Positions 23,792-37,100 of a DNA stretch of 64,000 nt are shown here, in pieces (within the stretch, counting starts at the first letter, position 1; each line of letters begins with the position of its first letter). Where the stretch lies: NCBI GenBank assembly GCA_950097015.1, contig CATNEN010000003.1, forward strand, positions 8,370,001-8,434,000. The letters are read 5' to 3'. The notes beneath the pieces are model-generated. The model made no database searches. It was not told the DNA's origin and saw only the letters and a list, made by a program, of their open reading frames with translations. The stretch comes from Macrostomum hystrix (lineage: Eukaryota > Animalia > Platyhelminthes). Both the position numbers and the translations under genes were made by a program.

Positions 23792-26333
23792 ATGTCAAGC
23801 TACTGCCTCGCAGAGGCATTGAATAGGTCCTGTCCTAAGCAGCTCAGGCGGCACTGTAGCACATACCCGCGCGTCCTTAAAAAAAAAGGCGAGCCCTATA
23901 TCATATCTAGTATGCGACGCTGCAAAAAGGAAGTGATCAGACTACCTGTCAGGCCGTGGCATTCGCCTACCAGACTGTCAAAGCCTTGCCGCGCCACGCC
24001 GCCGACTAAAGATGTGAAGCCGCCGATGATTTTCAAGGATTCGGCAAGCGCTCTGCAGACTCGACCCCGAGGGAGGGCGACGAAAGATTTACCTCATCAG
24101 ATGCTCAGCGCCTCATTGCCATTCAGTCAAGCCAACGACACCGACGAAGACGTAAAATCGATCGGAACTTATTACAGCGTCACGGATAGTTTATCGGCCG
24201 ATCTTAACGTGACGAACGATTTGCTTTTCGAACGCAATGTCAACGGCAGCAATTCGTGTCGTCAAAAAAACCGACCTTCCAGTCGGCTAAAAAATGGATC
24301 GAAGCGTCACCAACGGCTGGATTGTAATGATTCAGACGACGGCTGGTGTTCACCGACACCCTCTTCCAGCACAGTCCATCACCAGAGCGATGCGCGAAGT
24401 GTGCATGTCTCGCTGAAGAGTGTGCAGCCAGAGCATGCCCAGTGCGCATCAGTGTCCAGGCGAGATGAACTCTGCGGCGGAAATGGCATCAAAGGTCAGC
24501 AGTTATTGGTTCAATGTACGAAAATCTCTAGTCTGTGTACGAATGTGTGCTCGATTTGTCTTTCAAATTAGCTCGTAGTTTAATAAATAAGAAGCTTGCC
24601 GATGTAGCTACCACTGCACTGCCCCGTCCCAATTTTCCGCCAATCCAGCTGCAGCTGCCAAGGTCAACTGCGTGGCGGACCAGCGCAGTCCGAGCCAGCG
24701 CAGCAGTCGCAGCGAGTCAGAAATCCGTCGAGAGGAATTGAAAGTCTGCAGCCAATGTCAGGAGTCACTAAGCAGCTGTGACAAAAGCTCTACAGAGAAG
24801 AGCAGCAAGAACGACCAAAATCAGGCTAAAGTTGCAAATATTGGCACAAACTGTGTCAGCGACCGGTCATCTTTATCGTTCAGCCGCGTGGAGATGAGCA
24901 GTTCTCAGGGGGTTGCAGAGACATTGCTGAGACTCCTGGCAGACTTACAAAACCATCAGCAGCAGCAGCAGCAACCTAAGCTGCCCCAGTTCGGTGAAGT
25001 CAATGAGTCAAGTGGAATGTCCAGTGCGATATTGGAATCCAAAGGGCTCAATTACCTCAACACTTTAGTCCAGTGTCAGCAGTTACCACTGCCTCAGCAG
25101 CAGCAACAGCAGTTACCACAACATGAGCAGCAGCAACAGCAGTTACCACAACATGAGCAGCAGCAACAGCAGTTACCACAACATGAGCAGCAACAACAAC
25201 AGCCGCAAATGCAGCTGCAGCCGCAGCAACAGCAGCCGCAACAACAGCAGCCGCAACAACAGCAGCCGCAGCAACAGCAGCCACAGCAACAGCAGCCGCA
25301 GCAACAGCAGCCGCAGCAGCAGCAACTGCAGAAACAGCAGCTAGAGCAACAGCAGCTGCAGCAACAGCAGCCGCAGCAACAGCAGCCACAGCAACCGCAG
25401 CAGCAACAACAGCAACAGCAGCAATTAATGCGAGAACAGCCTCAGCAACATCAGGCACAACAGAGGTCTTATCAATTGTTGACATCGGAGTTTGATCAAA
25501 ATCAAATTATCTCGGCACGGCAGCAAGTTTTTAGTGCCAATCAAAATCTGCAGCAGCAGCATCAAACAGTGGAACAGAACTCCCTGATGCAAAAGTCGCT
25601 ATCTTTGCACCAAGATGAATTAATCAGTTCGGCCACAGCCAACTCCACCCCATACATTCAGCAATATAATATGTCACAGCAGAACGTACAGCATCAGCGG
25701 CAGCAGCAGCAGCAGAATTTTTCCGAAAATCAACAATATAATGAACTGCCGAATCATTTCGAGCAGCAGCATCAACACGAGTATCAGCACTACCAGAGAC
25801 GTCCGAAAAAGGCAATTTTTCGACCGGGTCGCCACCTGTTCGGCCCTAGCAGATCAAACTCCATCTACTCGCTGAGCCAATCACATCTCGCCTCCAGCCA
25901 CTCCAATTGCGCTCGCGAAGAGGAATTTGTACTTATATCAGACGACCTAGTCCACCGGTCCGCAATCGGCTGCTCGGAGACTGGCGAGGTCACTGGTGGC
26001 GTCGAAAAAATTCGCGACCGAATTTTTCATCAAAGCGATGGCTCTGACGGCGAAGTTGGTAGCAGTGCCATCGGTTGCAGCAATAACGCTGGCAACAGCG
26101 GCTTTGGCAGTATAAAAATGCATGAAAAGCATCGGCAGCAAGTTCAAGACCAGCTTGCTCAGAAGGAGCAGAAAGTGGAATCGATCTCGACTGAGTCGTT
26201 CTGTTCCTCTCGCTACGGAAGGCTGAAGACGCCGGAGATTTGCAAGCATGGCTTTCTCTCCATGTTGAGGCAGAACATTACTCTGGGCCGGCTGCATAGT
26301 CGGGCAAAGCTGAGAAACCCCAGGCGCAGATGA
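23792..26333 (+). CDS. uncharacterised Ser/Gln-rich low-complexity protein (ORFs 23792-24571 and 24672-26333, possibly joined by an intron at ~24495-24591)
   Basis: Long open frames with mixed CAG/CAA polyQ-P tracts; the GT-AG pair restores the frame but the acceptor is weak; no recognisable domain. Confidence 0.5.
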
Positions 26334-27399
26334 AAATTAGACCTCGATGCCAGGATACGAAACGCCCGCTGGCTTGACCCAGTCGAATTGTCGCATGCCT
26401 CCTTGGAAACTATGTTTACTGTCGATCAGCTCTTCATGAGTTGAAATATTGTGTTGAAACACTTTTTGAGACAGAAGCGCCAAGAATCGCTTATTTCATT
26501 AACTCGCGAATTCTACTACATCAGCATCGCCTCCTAAAATCCTTACGGCATCTTTTTCGATTTGTTGCAATGTAACTTCTTTACATGGTGCACGCACTCA
26601 TGTTTTTTAGCGCGAATGGCGTGCCGTTGCAGTGTGGCTATGAGCCATTATTTTTCATCTCTAGAAACTTGTTATGCCAATATGCATTAAAATAATTTTT
26701 ACCTTATTTTTTGTCATGCACGCATGAGTTGTTAAACACCGTACAGGTCGAAGCTTGCCAACTTGTGATGGTCAATCAAACGCTTTCCTAAGACGAATAG
26801 CTCGTGCCTAGAGTTTATACATTTGCGTACCTCGCCCTGGTTGCGTGCCAATTCTTGCTGGACTAAAAAATGTTAAAACACTTAACTGTCTCAATCTGCA
26901 TTACGTTTAATTAAATAATTTTTAAATATATAAGTTAACCTACAGGTATCTCGTTTATTTTATTGAGCAACAAAACTTATCTTTAACTAATTTAAGTAAT
27001 TTCACCCCGAGAAGACTGATTGTATTTTGTCTTTAATCCCTAAAAACCTCCCAATCCTGCTATATACGAGTGTACTTAATCAACTCGATTAAGAATTTTT
27101 TCCTTAAAAGTCCAAAAGACCCACAGACCAACGTCGTGTATCGCTATTTTGATTTACAAATAAGGTGAAAGTTCTTTATCGAGATGAATAAATTAAACTA
27201 CACATGGAGGTATTTCAAATACCTACTGCCTACGTCACGCGATAGTTCCAAAACCGAATGATTTCTCGTGAAAGTCCACCAGAATAGATAAAAAATTTCC
27301 GAAGGCTTGAGTGCTCCAAGCCACAGCTTGAGATTGTATACTTCCTGACGATAAGAAAGTCATGCACGTACTGCAAGACCCTCCGCACGCCATCACTTG

Positions 27400-28432
27400 C
27401 TCCACCGCCTGTTGTGCAACAGGACCTCCACCAACATCCGCCCTTTTTCATCACTCCCGTCAGCTTCCCAGTCGCCCCGCGCCTTAAATCGAGCCACAGC
27501 TGCGGTCTTCTCCAGTTTTAACTGTGCTGATTTCAATATTTTAGCATGGATCGTCGCCAACGGGCTCAGTAACGAGACCGAGGAGCATTCACCACGCTGA
27601 CTATACAAGCATCGCTTGGACCCATCCGTTCCCTCGAACTGTCGGATATGCATTACTCGCGTAGACACGTTGGCTCATCTCTTCAAATGCTCTTCTGCTC
27701 CGTCTGTTTTCACATGTCTGGAACTTTTCTGGAAGGAGCGGCTTACAACAACAAGAACAACACCATTCTGCCCTCTGAACTATTATCATCAATGCCTTTC
27801 TAAAGTACCAGCGCGGCTGTTGCGCTCAAGATGGCTATGACTTCACGCTGCAAGAGCTGTAGTCGGAAGCCCTGATGGAAATAAACGTTCAAAGGACCGC
27901 AGGGCCCGGCCGCCTGCACTGCACCCGCGGCTAATCAAAGAGCTCCCGCCGGCGGCTCTCGACTGTGGTGCGTGGTGCGCATCATTCCGCTGCTCAAGAG
28001 GAAAAGGCCGGCTGAAGAAGTGGGTTCCTACAGGCCGATCAGTCAGCTTATCATTCAGCCTTATAGGTATGAAATGGATGTGGTGCTACAAATTCGACAC
28101 AAGGTGCAGCAATGTTCAAGAGTCTCAGTGACAGCAAAGCCGGCGTTTGCATGGGCCGCTGCACGGAAGACCTACTCAAGTCGATCGATCGATGACGGCT
28201 TCCAAAAGAGTGAGCGTACGATCCTCCGCTTTTCAACTTTAAAAGGAGACTTCGACACAAAGTTTGGCAATCCAGGAATCTGTCGCCTCCCGCGCTGTGA
28301 GGTGAACTCATAAAGCTGGCTAGCGAACCGACAAGGCCACGGTAAGGTACTGATAACAAGAGCAAAATATTTCAACAGGGCCTGCCACAAGGGTCATTGC
28401 TGTCGCCGTTGCTCTTCATCATATTCATTGAC
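27400..28432 (+). mobile_element. highly decayed non-LTR retrotransposon RT fragment
   Basis: IIPLLKRKRPAEEVGSYRPIS (27981-28043) and GLPQGSLLSPLLFIIFIDD (~28378-28434). Confidence 0.85.
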
Positions 28433-29765
28433 GATCAGAAACTATATAGACAAGGTCCAAGGTTGTTCAGACCATTTGGTGGCGGGGTGCCGTAACCATT
28501 GAGTGGAACCTGTACTTTCGCAACATCTAGGCCTAGAGTAAATCTAACGGGTAGTTTAGAAAAAAAACTGTTTACTTTTTGTACACTTTGACAACAAATA
28601 AATTCCTCGGTGAAGTTTCTCGAATATAATCGAAAAAATAACTCCAAGCGGTGTTAAGTGCACTTTTAATTTTATATTTTGCCACGATACCTATAGTTTT
28701 TTAATATTTGTTTCGTTTTGATTTGACTGAAAATGTTGTAATTATAATTCTTAGAATTATATTTTCGTTTAAATGCATGATTTACATTTTCCGGATTTGA
28801 CCTTCAGCTTTTAATTTTCTCTTGTTGATGCTATAACGTACTAAGTTATCAATTTATTATTTTTGCCTTAAGATTACTTGTTCTATCTAAACCATGCTCT
28901 CTTAGCTGCAGTCCTGACGATCTTATTTGTATTTTTTAGTGTAAATTATAAAATATCGCTATTCATTTTAATGGAAATTTTTAATTTCATTAGGCCTAGG
29001 CTAATTTTTACTAACATGATGCTGTTGTGTTGGTGTTACATTTTCTCTGTAATGTAGGCCTAATCAGAATTAGAATTCGATTCTTTATGAAACATAAATG
29101 ATGGCTTAAAGTAATTATTGCAATAACTTCAAGTGCACAATTTACAACTAAAGTGTAGCTAGTAAGTCTACATCGTGCAAGTGATCAGTACATTGAGTTC
29201 TAATTAGCTGTTAACCTATTATTTATGTTGACTGATTTAGTGAAACTGCAATATAAATTTAATGGGCCTATTCTTATTCTTATTTTTTTAATTAAGACAT
29301 TGTCATTAGGCCTAGTCATGTTTTAAGTCTAGCTAACTAATAGCACTTTGTTAAAAAGGTTAGGCCTAGGCCTATGGCTATACTTTTACCTAGCTTAGGC
29401 CCTTACTATTGTCAAGCAATAAAGAATTGTCTTAACTTAAACATAAACAGACCTCTAGCTACAATTTTTTTAGGCTTGGCTTAGCTAATTAGGCCCCTGG
29501 CTTCCATTTACAAAGCCAATATTTAGAATCTTAGACTAGTTCTGCAATAGTTGTAGCCTTTGGTCCATGGATATGGTTAGGCCTACACAAAACCTTAGGC
29601 ATTATTAGGCTTAGGGTAGGGTATGGGTATTATTATGGGTAGGGTAGGCCATATAGCTGTTTGGAAATATATTGCTAGAACCATTGTTTTGTATATTTGG
29701 GAAGCATGGCTCTGTTTATTAGTAAATTAACAATAGGCCTAGTCAAAATCAATATTTTGATAGGC

Positions 29766-30438
29766 AGAGCTTATTCCCACGGTCCCGTGCCGATAATTTC
29801 AATTTTATCCACACGGATCCGTGCCGATAATTTTCTGCTTATCCACACGGCAGCTTGTATAAATAGGTCTACAACTCTTTATATATGCCGTGTCGTTAAT
29901 TTCAATTTTATCCACACGGTTCTGTTCTTTGAAACGAGGCCCTTTCAGATTTGAACGTTTTGTTGAACCCTCGAGCCAATAGATCGACAAAGTTGCCAGT
30001 GTGTTACGACAGTGTTCTACATTTCGACCTACACATTAATTAACTGACATTAATGTCATCCTTTTTAATTATTTTAATAACAACTTACTAAATCTTTTGT
30101 CATCGTTACGTGTTTTCATTCAAATTGTATTGACTTAAAGAGTAAAAAGTCTATCAAGGAAAATCATACGAGTCAACCAGCAGAATTCTAGTCAGCACCA
30201 AACTTGTCACACATTATACATCATTGTTATTATTTTACACTATTCATTGATAGTGTACACTATACACTATACTCTGAAGCAAAAGCCTTATGCTCAGAGA
30301 AGAATTAGAATAGGTACGTAGGGACTTGAAAGTAGACCTATTCATACAAGCTGCCGTGTGGATAAGCAGAAAATTATTGGCACGGATCCGTGTGGATAAA
30401 ATTGAAATTATCGGCACGGGACCGTGGGAATAAGCACT
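29766..30438. mobile_element. MITE with ~105-bp terminal inverted repeats
   Basis: 29769-29872 (GCTTATTCCCACGGTCCCGTGCCG...AGGTCTAC) is the near-perfect reverse complement of 30332-30435. Confidence 0.9.
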
Positions 30439-31104
30439 TCCATTTTGATATGCACAACATATTGAATTGACTAAACTACATTAGGGCCTAGTCATCATCA
30501 GGCTAAGTTACAACTAAAAATATATAATCAAGAATAAAACAACAATTATGTAATGTTTCTGCTATGAAGAGTTTAATTATTTAAGTGAAAAAACAGTATA
30601 GGTTTAAACTGTGTAGTCCAAAATCATACATGGTCTAGGGGCAAGAATGGCAGGTAAAGATCAAAGTTTTAGTAGCCACAGTGAGTGCTTGCACCTAGAA
30701 CACTTTCTTTAAGTGGCTCATACCATTGTGTTGTAGTTGAATATTGATACTAGGTCTGCTTATTAATGTGTATTGGTTCCTATATTTTTAGTCTAAAATC
30801 TGACTAGGCATAGCCAGGACTTTTTTGGGGGAATTGGTTTTAGGTTCTGTTCAGCACAAATTTTTAACATACATTAAAAAACCATTAATCTATTTCTTTC
30901 AAAGAAACAAATTGCAAAAAATGAGACATCAAAATTTTGTGAACATTTAAATTTCATGTTTCAATATCACATTGTGTAAATTTGAATTTAAAATAATCAA
31001 AATTCGATTTTTTTCAACTCCAATTTGCAGCACAGCATTGGGGCAAATAAAACTTCTTTAGGTTCTTCCAAAATCAGATAAAATACTATACCAGCAAGCA
31101 AAAA

Positions 31105-34100
31105 ATGACTTTAGATGCAGAAAGTGTTGATGCACTGATTCATGCCATTACTGGACTAAGCTTCTCTGAAGAAGAAATTGCTAAGAACTATGAAAAGATT
31201 CCACCTTATCTGCGAATCTATGAGGCAGAGACAGCTGTGAGTAGATTGAAATCAGTTTTTTGAATTTTTGTTAAGACCCCACATTCCCAACATATTAGAT
31301 ACACATCAATTCTCATAGTTCCTCATAATTGACTTCTAAACACCATATTCTGTTTTAATCTTAAATAAATTCTCCCAGATCCTCAAATTCAACTATGATC
31401 AATTTTCCCAGATCCTTAATTATAATCGAGTCTCCCAGATCCTCAAATTCAACTATGATCAATTTTCCCAGATCCTCAAATTCAGCTCTGATCAATTCTC
31501 CCAGATCCTCAAATTCAACTATGATCAATTCTCCCAGATCCTCAAATTCAGCTCTGATCAATTCTCCCAGATCCTCAAATTCAGCTCTGATCAATTCTCC
31601 CAGATCCTCAAATTCAGCTCTGATCAATTCTCCCAGATCCTCAAATTCAGCTCTGATCAATTCTACCAGATCCTCAAATTCAGCTCTGATCAATTCTCCC
31701 AGATCCTCAAATTCAGCTCTGATAAATTCTCCCAGATCCTCAAATTCAGCTCTGATCAATTCTCCCAGATCCTCAAATTCAGCTCTGATTAATTCTGCCA
31801 GATCCTCAAATTCAGCTCTGATTAATTCTGCCAGATCCTCAAATTCAGCTCTGATCAATTCTGCCAGATCCTCAAATTCAACTATGATCAATTCTCCGAG
31901 ATCCTCAAATTCAGCTCTGATCAATTCTCCCAGATCCTCAAATTCAGCTCTGATCAATTCTCCCAGATCCTAAAATTCAGCTCTGATCAATTCTTCCAGA
32001 TCCTCAAATTCAGCTCTGATCAATTCTCCCAGATCCTCAAATTCTCTCTCAAAATCCTCAAATTCTCAACTATGATCAATTCTACCAGATCCTCAAATTC
32101 AGCTCTGATCAATTCTCCCAGATCCTCAAATTCAGCTCTGATCAATTCTCCCAGATCCTAAAATTCAGCTCTGATCAATTCTTCCAGATCCTCAAATTCT
32201 CTCTCAAAATCCTCAAATTCTCAACTATGATCAATTCTACCAGATGCTCAAATTCAGCTCTGATCAATTCTCCCAGATCCTCAAATTCAGCTCTGATCAA
32301 TTCTCCCAGATCCTCAAATTCAACTATGATCAATTCTCCCAGATCCTCAAATTCAGCTCTGATCAATTCTCCCAGATCCTCAAATTCAGCTCTGATCAAT
32401 TCTCCCAGATCCTCAAATTCAGCTCTGATCAATTCTCCCAGATCCTCAAATTCAGCTCTGATCAATTCTCCCAGATCCTCAAATTCAGCTCTGATCAATT
32501 CTACCAGATCCTCAAATTCAGCTCTGATCAATTCTCCCAGATCCTCAAATTCAGCTATGATCAATTCTCCCAGATCCTCAAATTCAGCTCTGATTAATTC
32601 TGCCAGATCCTCAAATTCAGCTCTGATTAATTCTGCCAGATCCTCAAATTCAGCTCTGATTAATTCTGCCAGATCCTCAAATTCAGCTCTGATCAATTCT
32701 GCCAGATCCTCAAATTCAACTATGATCAATTCTCCGAGATCCTCAAATTCAGCTCTGATCAATTCTCCCAGATCCTCAAATTCAGCTCTGATCAATTCTC
32801 CCAGATCCTAAAATTCAGCTCTGATCAATTCTTCCAGATCCTCAAATTCTCTCTCAAAATCCTCAAATTCTCAACTATGATCAATTCTACCAGATGCTCA
32901 AATTCAGCTCTGATCAATTCTCCCAGATCCTCAAATTCAGCTCTGATCAATTCTCCCAGATCCTCAAATTCAGCTCTGATCAATTCTCCCAGATCCTCAA
33001 ATTCTCTCTCAAAATCCTCAAATTCTCAACTATGATCAATTCTACCAGATCCTCAAATTCAGCTCTGATCAATTCTCCCAGATCCTAAAATTCAGCTCTG
33101 ATCAATTCTCCCAGATCCTAAAATTCAGCTCTGATCAATTCTCCCAGATCCTCAAATTCTCTCTCAAAATCCTCAAATTCTCAACTATGATCAATTCTTC
33201 CAGATCCTCAAATTCAACTATGATCAATTCTCCCAGATCCTAAAATTCAGCTCTGATCAATTCTCCCAGATCCTAAAATTCAGCTCTGATCAATTCTCCC
33301 AGATCCTCAAATTCAACTATGATCAATTTTACCAGATCCTCAAATTCAGCTCTGATCAATTCTCCCAGATCCTCAAATTCAGCTCTGATCAATTCTCCCA
33401 GATCCTCAAATTCAACTATGATCAATTCTCCCAGATCCTCAAATTCAACTATGATCAATTCTCCCAGATCCTCAAATTCAGCTCTGATTAATTCTCCCAG
33501 ATCCTCAAATTCAACTCTGATCAATTCTCCCAGATCCTCAAATTCAACTCTGATCAATTCTCCCAGATCCTCAAATTATACCCGCTAGATGTCTGGTCTT
33601 CAACCGCCTTTGAGAATTTTTTCCTTTCCGCCCCTTGAACGCCTTGCACATCGTCACCACTCTGCAGGAGAAGCTTCGAGTAGTTCGCACTTTGTCAATC
33701 GTAGCCGAAAAAATTGGAGCCGCCAAAATTAAAGAAGTTCTGGTGCCAAAAGTGGACGGTAAGCAAGTCTTTATCTATCACAGGGGTCGGCAAACTTATT
33801 AGCTAGCGGGCCAAAAAGAGAACCTAAAAGACGACAGCGGGCCGCATTAATTGTAGAAATATATCAGAGATAGGGAGAGATGACACACGGGAGAGATGGA
33901 GACATGGGAGAGATGACACACGGGAGAGATGACACACGGGAGAGATGACACACGGGAGAGATGGAGACATGGGAGAGATGACACACGGGAGAGATGACAC
34001 ACGGGAGAGATGGAGACATGGGAGAGATGACACACGGGAGAGATGACACACGGGAGAGATGACACACGGGAGAGATGACACACGGGAGAGATGACACACG

Positions 34101-37100
34101 GGAGAGATAGAGACATTAGAGAGATGAAGACACGGGAGAGACGAGACAATGGAGAGATAAGACACAGGAGAGGTGAGACAGGTAAAAGTCGACACACGGG
34201 AGAGATGAAACAGTATACTATAGGTGTCGGAAGGGGCAACGGGCCGGATTTAGGAGCTTTGAAAGCCGCATCTGGCCCGCGGGCCGGAGTTTGCCGACCC
34301 CTGATCTATCATATCTAAATTGAACTTCAAACTGAGATTCTAACTAGGATACATATATACTTAATTCCTGGTAACATATCCGCTGTTTTAGAACTTATCA
34401 CAGCCTCAATTAACAATGGCGAGGATGAGCTACTGCTTGAGATTTGCTGCCAGTTGGGCAAATTTCCGCCTCACATGGAGCCCGGCAGCGGCACAGGCGT
34501 CTGTCTTGTGCCTCCGCTTGGCCGGGTCCTCTCTCAAGTCGAAGAGGTAGTTGTTGGAGAAGCCGCAGCCGACGCTTTGATTCAAGTTATTGCCGATCTG
34601 ACACCTGCTCAAGTTGATTCCACCTGTCTGCCGCTCATTAAATCTGTCTTTGAAGGTAATTTTTGCAGTTCTTCATTCATTTATCTGTTTAAAATCCATT
34701 CTGGGTTCAGAATCCAATTTTTAGTTCGAAATCCCATTTTGGGATTTGGGATTATCAAATCCCATTTTGACTTCAAAATCCCATTTTGACTTTAAAATCC
34801 CATTTTGAGTTCAAAATCCCATTTTGAGTTCAAAATCCCATTTTGAGTTCAAAATCCCATTTGGACTTCAAAATCCCATTTTGAGATTAAATCTCCATGT
34901 TAATCTTCTTATCTGCATTTCAGACGATCTGTTTTGCTCCTCTCGCCGGGCCGGTTGTCGCCTAATTGTACCCTGCTACTGCAAAACAGCCGGCCTGGAT
35001 CACAAATCCGAGCTGAAATCCCGCCTATTAAACGCAGCCAGTCAGGAGGATGAGATTCTGCTAGTTCGCGAGGCCGCCGTCAGCCAACTGGGCGCACTGG
35101 CTCAACAGGACGCGAAGGATCGTCCAGAGATTCTCACTAGCCTAGTAGCCCTGTCCAATGACAACCATCGAGATATTCGGGCTGCTTCTGTTAAATCCCT
35201 GATTGAAATGATTCAGTTTTGCGGCGAGCGAGAACTAGAGTCTACCGTCATGCCCGTACTCGAGCGATACGCGGAGGATCCCCACAGGAATACAAGGCTA
35301 ATATTCGCTAGCAACCTGGCTGAACTGCAGGTTGCTTATAATAAGATTGGAAAGAGTTTGTGTAAGTTCTTTCACCTTGTCTGTTGATTGCAATGGATTG
35401 GTTCTATTGTCGTGTTGTCATTAGGTTTACGTCACTAGGATAGGATTATCTAGTTCAGGGATTAGCTAGCTCAGGGATTATCACTAGTAAGGGATTATCT
35501 AGCTCAGGGATTATCACTAGTAAGGGATTATCTAGCTCTAGGATTATCACAAATAAAGGATTATCTAGCTCAAGGATTATCACTAGTAAGGGATTATCTA
35601 GCTCAGGGATTATTTCACTGGGATGGCATTATTTAGTTTAAAGATTATGTCACTAGGATGGGATTATCTGGTTCAAGGATTATGTCACTAGGATGGTATT
35701 ATCTAGTTCAAGGATTATGTCACTAGAATGGGATTATCTAGTTCAAGGATTATGTCACTAGAATGGGATTATCTAGTTCAAGGATTATGTCACTAGGATG
35801 GGATTATCTAGCTCAGGGATTATGTCACTAGGATGGGATTATCTAGTTCAAAGATTATGTCACTAGGATGAGATTATCTAGCTCAGGGATTATGTCACTA
35901 GGATGGGATTATCTAGCTCAAGGATTATGTCACTAGGATGGAATTATCTAGTTCAAGGATTATGTCACTAGGAAGGAATTATATAGTTCAAGGATTATGT
36001 CACTAGGTTGGAATTATATAGTTCAAGGATTATGTCACCAGGATGGAATTATCTAGTTTCAGGATTATGTCACTAGGATGGGATTATCTAGTTTCAGGAT
36101 TATGTCACTAGGATGGGATTATCTAGTTCAGGGATTATGTCGCTAGGATGGGATTATCTAGTTCAAAGATTATGTCACTAGGATGGGATTATCTAGTTTC
36201 AGGATTATGTCACTAGGATGGGATTATCTAGTTCAAAGATTATGTCACTAGGATGGGATTATCTAGCACAGGGATTATGTCACTAGGATGGGATTATCTA
36301 GCTCAAGGATTATGTCACTAGGATGGGATTATCTAGTTCAAGGATTATGTCGCTAGGATGGGATTATATAGTTCAAGGATTATGTCACTAGGATGGGATT
36401 ATATAGTTCAAGGATTATGTCACTAGGATGGGATTATCTAGTTCAAAGATTATGTCACTAGGAGATCTCCGTCAAAGGCTTTAACTGCTTTGATGATATT
36501 ATCGGTGTTTTTGTTTCAATATCCATCCAGGCAACTTGTTCATCCGAATGTGGGAGGATAACGAGCCGGATGTTCGTCGAGCTACGGCCAGCAATTTGAC
36601 AGCCTTCGCCGAGGCCAATCCCAAAGATCTAAACGGCCAGCTGGTGCCAAAGCTGAAGGAGCACCTAGTTAACGAGCACGAGGAGCGAGTTAGGCGAGAA
36701 ATTGTCGCCGAAACTGTCAAACTGTTGCCTAAATTGCGCAAAGAAGACGCCGCCGAAGTTGTTAAAACGGTGGTTGGCCTTGTCACTGATAGCGGCTCGG
36801 CTGCAGCCAAACAGGCCGTGTTCGATCATCTCAAGGATGTGCTCAGCGTGAGTAGACTTCAGGGGGTCAGTGGCAGAGTGGTTAACGCGTTTGCCTCGCA
36901 CACCAATGTCCCTAGTCTCCGCGGCGAGGCCACATTTATTTAGGGCGCAGTCGCGGAGAGAAGGCTTAGTAGCTTATCGTGCAATTTTCGCCTCCAAGGC
37001 ACAGTGAGAGTGTACACTGCCTGACGATGAGAAAGTCAGGGCAGATGTACACACCTGTGTGAGCGTGTGCCTGCGTACGGTATCTGTGTGCGTGTGTGCT

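Noticed and set aside
29610-29648. Telomere-like TTAGGGTAGGG tract
   Set aside because: Too short and degenerate for an interstitial telomere
31361-33588. Long ORFs on both strands (IRAEFEDLGEL)n / (INSPRSSNSAL)n
   Set aside because: Translations of a 33-bp minisatellite lying inside an intron of the PP2A-A-like gene
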